Positions 60,933-64,000 of a DNA stretch of 64,000 nt are shown in pieces (position 1 is the stretch's first letter; each line of letters begins with the position of its first letter). Under the pieces are notes generated by a model, which did not search any database, was not told where the DNA came from, and saw only the letters and a list, made by a program, of their open reading frames with translations. The position numbers were made by a program, and so were the translations under genes. The DNA is from Raillietiella orientalis (lineage: Eukaryota). The stretch is from contig JAYWIR010000012.1 in assembly GCA_036172245.1 (NCBI GenBank), positions 3,162,001 through 3,226,000 of the forward strand. The letters are read 5' to 3'.

Positions 60933-62699
60933 ACCTCGGAGGGGATTTTCACACGCTTAACTCACGCGAGAGCGCTCGCGAACGGCAACGGACGCGCTTC
61001 GTCCGGTCACGAGAACCAGAGAGAGCACGCTGCGTGGGTAGGAATGTAGGGGACGGAGCCGACCAGCAGCTGGTAGAGGCGACGCGGGAACGACCGTCCG
61101 CAAGCGGACCGCCAGCCGATTCCATCTTCCCGTCTTCCCGGAGTTTCCGCACTCTGGACCACGTGACGTCGTCCGGAGAGCGGCTGCCGCGCCTCCAGCT
61201 GCTGCCCTCCCTCCCTCCCCCTCTTTGTTCCTTTCCCGTAGAAAAAACAACTCCACTCCCTCAGAAGGATGAGGGGGGGGGGGACGGTCGTGCGATCTGG
61301 ACGAACCGCCGGCATCCTCGCATGCGCGCAGTCACAGACACTAGGAAGTGAAAGAACAGAAGAACACATTTTTTGTCTCTCGAAGGACACGTTTTGTTCT
61401 CCACGGGAAAGACCAGGAAACTGGTCATGGCACCTCGAACTAAGCTGAAGAGACTCCTGCAGCGGGAACTGTTTGCTGCTTGGATGAGCAAGATCGGTGC
61501 CTCTTGAGGCGAGATGGTTCCGAAAGACGCCACGAGGAACAGCGGCGTACTGCCGGAGAGGTGGCAGGTGTGAGGCAGATGAAGAGGGTTGATGGTAATT
61601 GTGGTGGAAGGAGAGGGACACAATCGCTCGTGGCACCCCTTTCTCCTCTCCTTTTTTTTCGAGTGCTCCCCTTCCGCTCCCACGTTACATGGGCGCACCT
61701 CCAGATGCGTTGGAACTCCTGACCCTGGCCGGTCGACGGGTGCCTCTTGCCTCCTTCGAGCACCTTTCGCGGGGACCACTAAAAGTTCTGGGAGGCGGTG
61801 GGAGCCATCTGCTCAGTGTTCTTCCCCTCCTGCATAAGAAACTGCCCTGCGCATAGACTTGGGGGAGAAGGGACGGGTGGGGAGGGAGTAGCGGACATGC
61901 ACATGGCCTGCTCACAGCCCATATTCTAGGCACCCGCAACCCTGCTTTCAGTTCGGGCTGGAAATCCCCCTTTTACTTTTCAGGTGCAGGTGTCATCATT
62001 AGGCATCCCGGAAACAAGGATGATGACCGGTGTGCCGCACCCTCCTAAAATGTGAACCTCCCGTCTTTCCAGTGCCTTCTCTCCCGCTGCCCCCCTTCCG
62101 GAATCAGGGGACGCTCTTTCCGTCCTCGCTCTTCTAGGGTTCCCTTAGGCAAGGCTTCGTTAGACGGTTAGCCATACCTCACGCCCTTCGGGTCGCAAGC
62201 TGCATCCGGCGTCGGCCTCGGCGGCGATGCCCGCCTCCGGGGAGTGGAGGTCTGGTATGAGTTGCATCTTTCTCGTGCTTCCTGGCGACCCAAGGAAGGT
62301 TCTGAGGCCCTCTCCAGATCACCCGGAGGAGGCAGGAGGTCGGCCTCTCTTGCGGATGGGAGGAGCTATCGGAGAACACAGAGGCTTCTTGTCCCTCACG
62401 CGAGCTTCCCCAGCCTCGCGAAGTGGGAGGGTAGCGCACCTCTAGAAAGGAGCGTGCCGGGTCCTGGATCTGTGACGTCCCCAAGGTACACCTTTCCATC
62501 CCCCTTCCGTCTTTTCAAATAATATCTTCCTCTGTACTTCCTTCCGGCCCGTCTGCGCAATCGGCCTCCTCCCGGAGCCGGGACCAGCCAGGCGCCACCG
62601 CCGTCTCTCCCGCCGTCTGAAGGACTCGGTTCCCTTCCCCGGGAGCTTCCCGGAAAACCAGGCTAGATCCCGCGAGAGACGAACACGATTATGATGGAG

Positions 62700-63200
62700 T
62701 GGTCCTCCCGCAGACGGCGAGCCTGCTAATCCAGACGGATCGGGATCGGGGGTCCGTTCCTCCGGGAGGTAGGGAAGGGAGACCACGACACTTGACTCAC
62801 CCCGGAGATGAGTCGCTTGAGCATGAGGAGAAATGCGAAGCCGAGGAGGCCCCTTGCCTTTCCCCCTTCCCTGAAAAAAGTCTTTCTGATCCAGTATCAG
62901 GGACAGCCCTCCCGAACCCTCTATCTTCCCGGCGACTGGGACCTTCCGGAACCTCTGCGCGGGCTCCTTACAGGCCAGCCCTTCCCCCTCCTCTCCGAAA
63001 CCGGAAGAGAAGGAGAGGAGGGTTACCGTTGGTCGGCTTCCTCCACCTCTACGAGAGGGTTCTTTCCTCCCGGGAAAGGCGTACTCCTCCGTGCTGGACG
63101 TCGGGAGAAGCCGCCATCGTCCTGCCACCGCGCTGTTTTCGAGGAACGGGATTGGCGCCGGCGGCCGCGGTCCCGACGTCTGTAACCGTTCCTTCCTTCC
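62700..63200 (+). mobile_element. Decayed LINE post-RT fragment
   Basis: SRTLYLPGDWDLPE resembles the 'LYLP..GG.GLP' motif. Confidence 0.3.
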
Positions 63201-64000
63201 GCTCCCACGCTTTTCTCCCGGACAGATTCCTGCTCCTTTCGGGAGGGGAAAGGCGCCTCGCCGTTGCGGTTTCTTCCGGGACCCGGCTCGTCCTTCCTTC
63301 CCAAAGAGGAGAGGGGAGAGTCGGTATTCTTGACAGCCGCCACGTCGGTCCGTCGGTTGCCCCCTCCCCTCCTCCTTCCCCTCATCCCGCGCTTCCACTG
63401 GAGGAGGAGATTCTTCACTGCTCTTTACCGGAACCCCGCGAGCATTCCCAGAAGCTCCGGGAGCCGGAGGAGGCCGGGAACTCCTGTGCTTCCTCCGGCC
63501 GACAGGAGAACACGGGGAGTGCATAGGTCGAGGAACGCGGGTCTGACAGACGAGCGATCCCTTCCCGGAGAGGGACGCCCGTCTTCTTTTCCCTGAGGCA
63601 GTTCCATCGTTCCCCCTGAAGTCTGGTCGCGCACTCCCTCCCCTACGATGCGCCCTCCACTATCCCAGAGCCTCTTCCTTAGCGAACTTGAGGGATCGGG
63701 AATGAAAAATACAGGGGGTAGAGTGCCAGTACCAAGGACAGGGAGAGGTCAAGACAAAGTTATCTGACGCGCAGACCAGGAGGTTTCCCCGAGACTGCTC
63801 GAAGGCTGCCAATCGGTCTCTTCCGGGCTACTGGAGGGCAACGCTAGACAGAGAAAGGGAGAGGGAGAACGTTCTCTTTGAATCTCCAGAAGTCTGAGGA
63901 CTGCCGAGATTCTAGAAATACTCTCGCTGCCTTCAGGAACTCCGCACGAAGGCAGTCGAGGGCAGGGAGGACGGAGCACGTGGTCCTCTTCGCAGTGCCC

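Noticed and set aside
23600..64000. Strictly uni-strand (flamenco-like) TE cluster
   Set aside because: - strand copies occur at ~44.9-45.2, 46.0-46.8 and 58.0-58.4 kb.

Overview
This is eukaryotic genomic DNA, probably from an arthropod (inferred from gene sequence style only), and not a prokaryotic locus. Two spliced genes can be built by eye. The first is the 5' part of a Wnt11-like gene on the - strand (coding exons 4235-4156, 2462-2224 and 972-662; the remaining exons are not seen and presumably lie left of the window). The second is a complete four-exon NDUFB10 (complex I PDSW subunit) gene on the + strand (10619-11464). The window alternates between GC-rich domains (~1-7.7 kb and ~23.6-64 kb) and an AT-rich, partly CpG-depleted domain (~8-23.5 kb). 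The GC-rich domains contain many heavily decayed fragments of what looks like one L1/Tx1-like non-LTR retrotransposon group, in both orientations. These are recognised by ORF1 zinc-knuckle, APE, RT and zinc-finger motifs, a shared C-terminal 'xxTAxRWPHL'-like motif, and a structured 3' UTR. Most long ORFs in the supplied track are GC-content artefacts of these remnants. The most notable unexplained structures are the conserved multi-hairpin 3' UTR of this LINE group, an inverted LINE end flanked by a 116-bp direct repeat, a perfect 26-bp hairpin, and an interleaved inverted-repeat element. All mobile-element boundaries are approximate and come from motif recognition without alignment tools.
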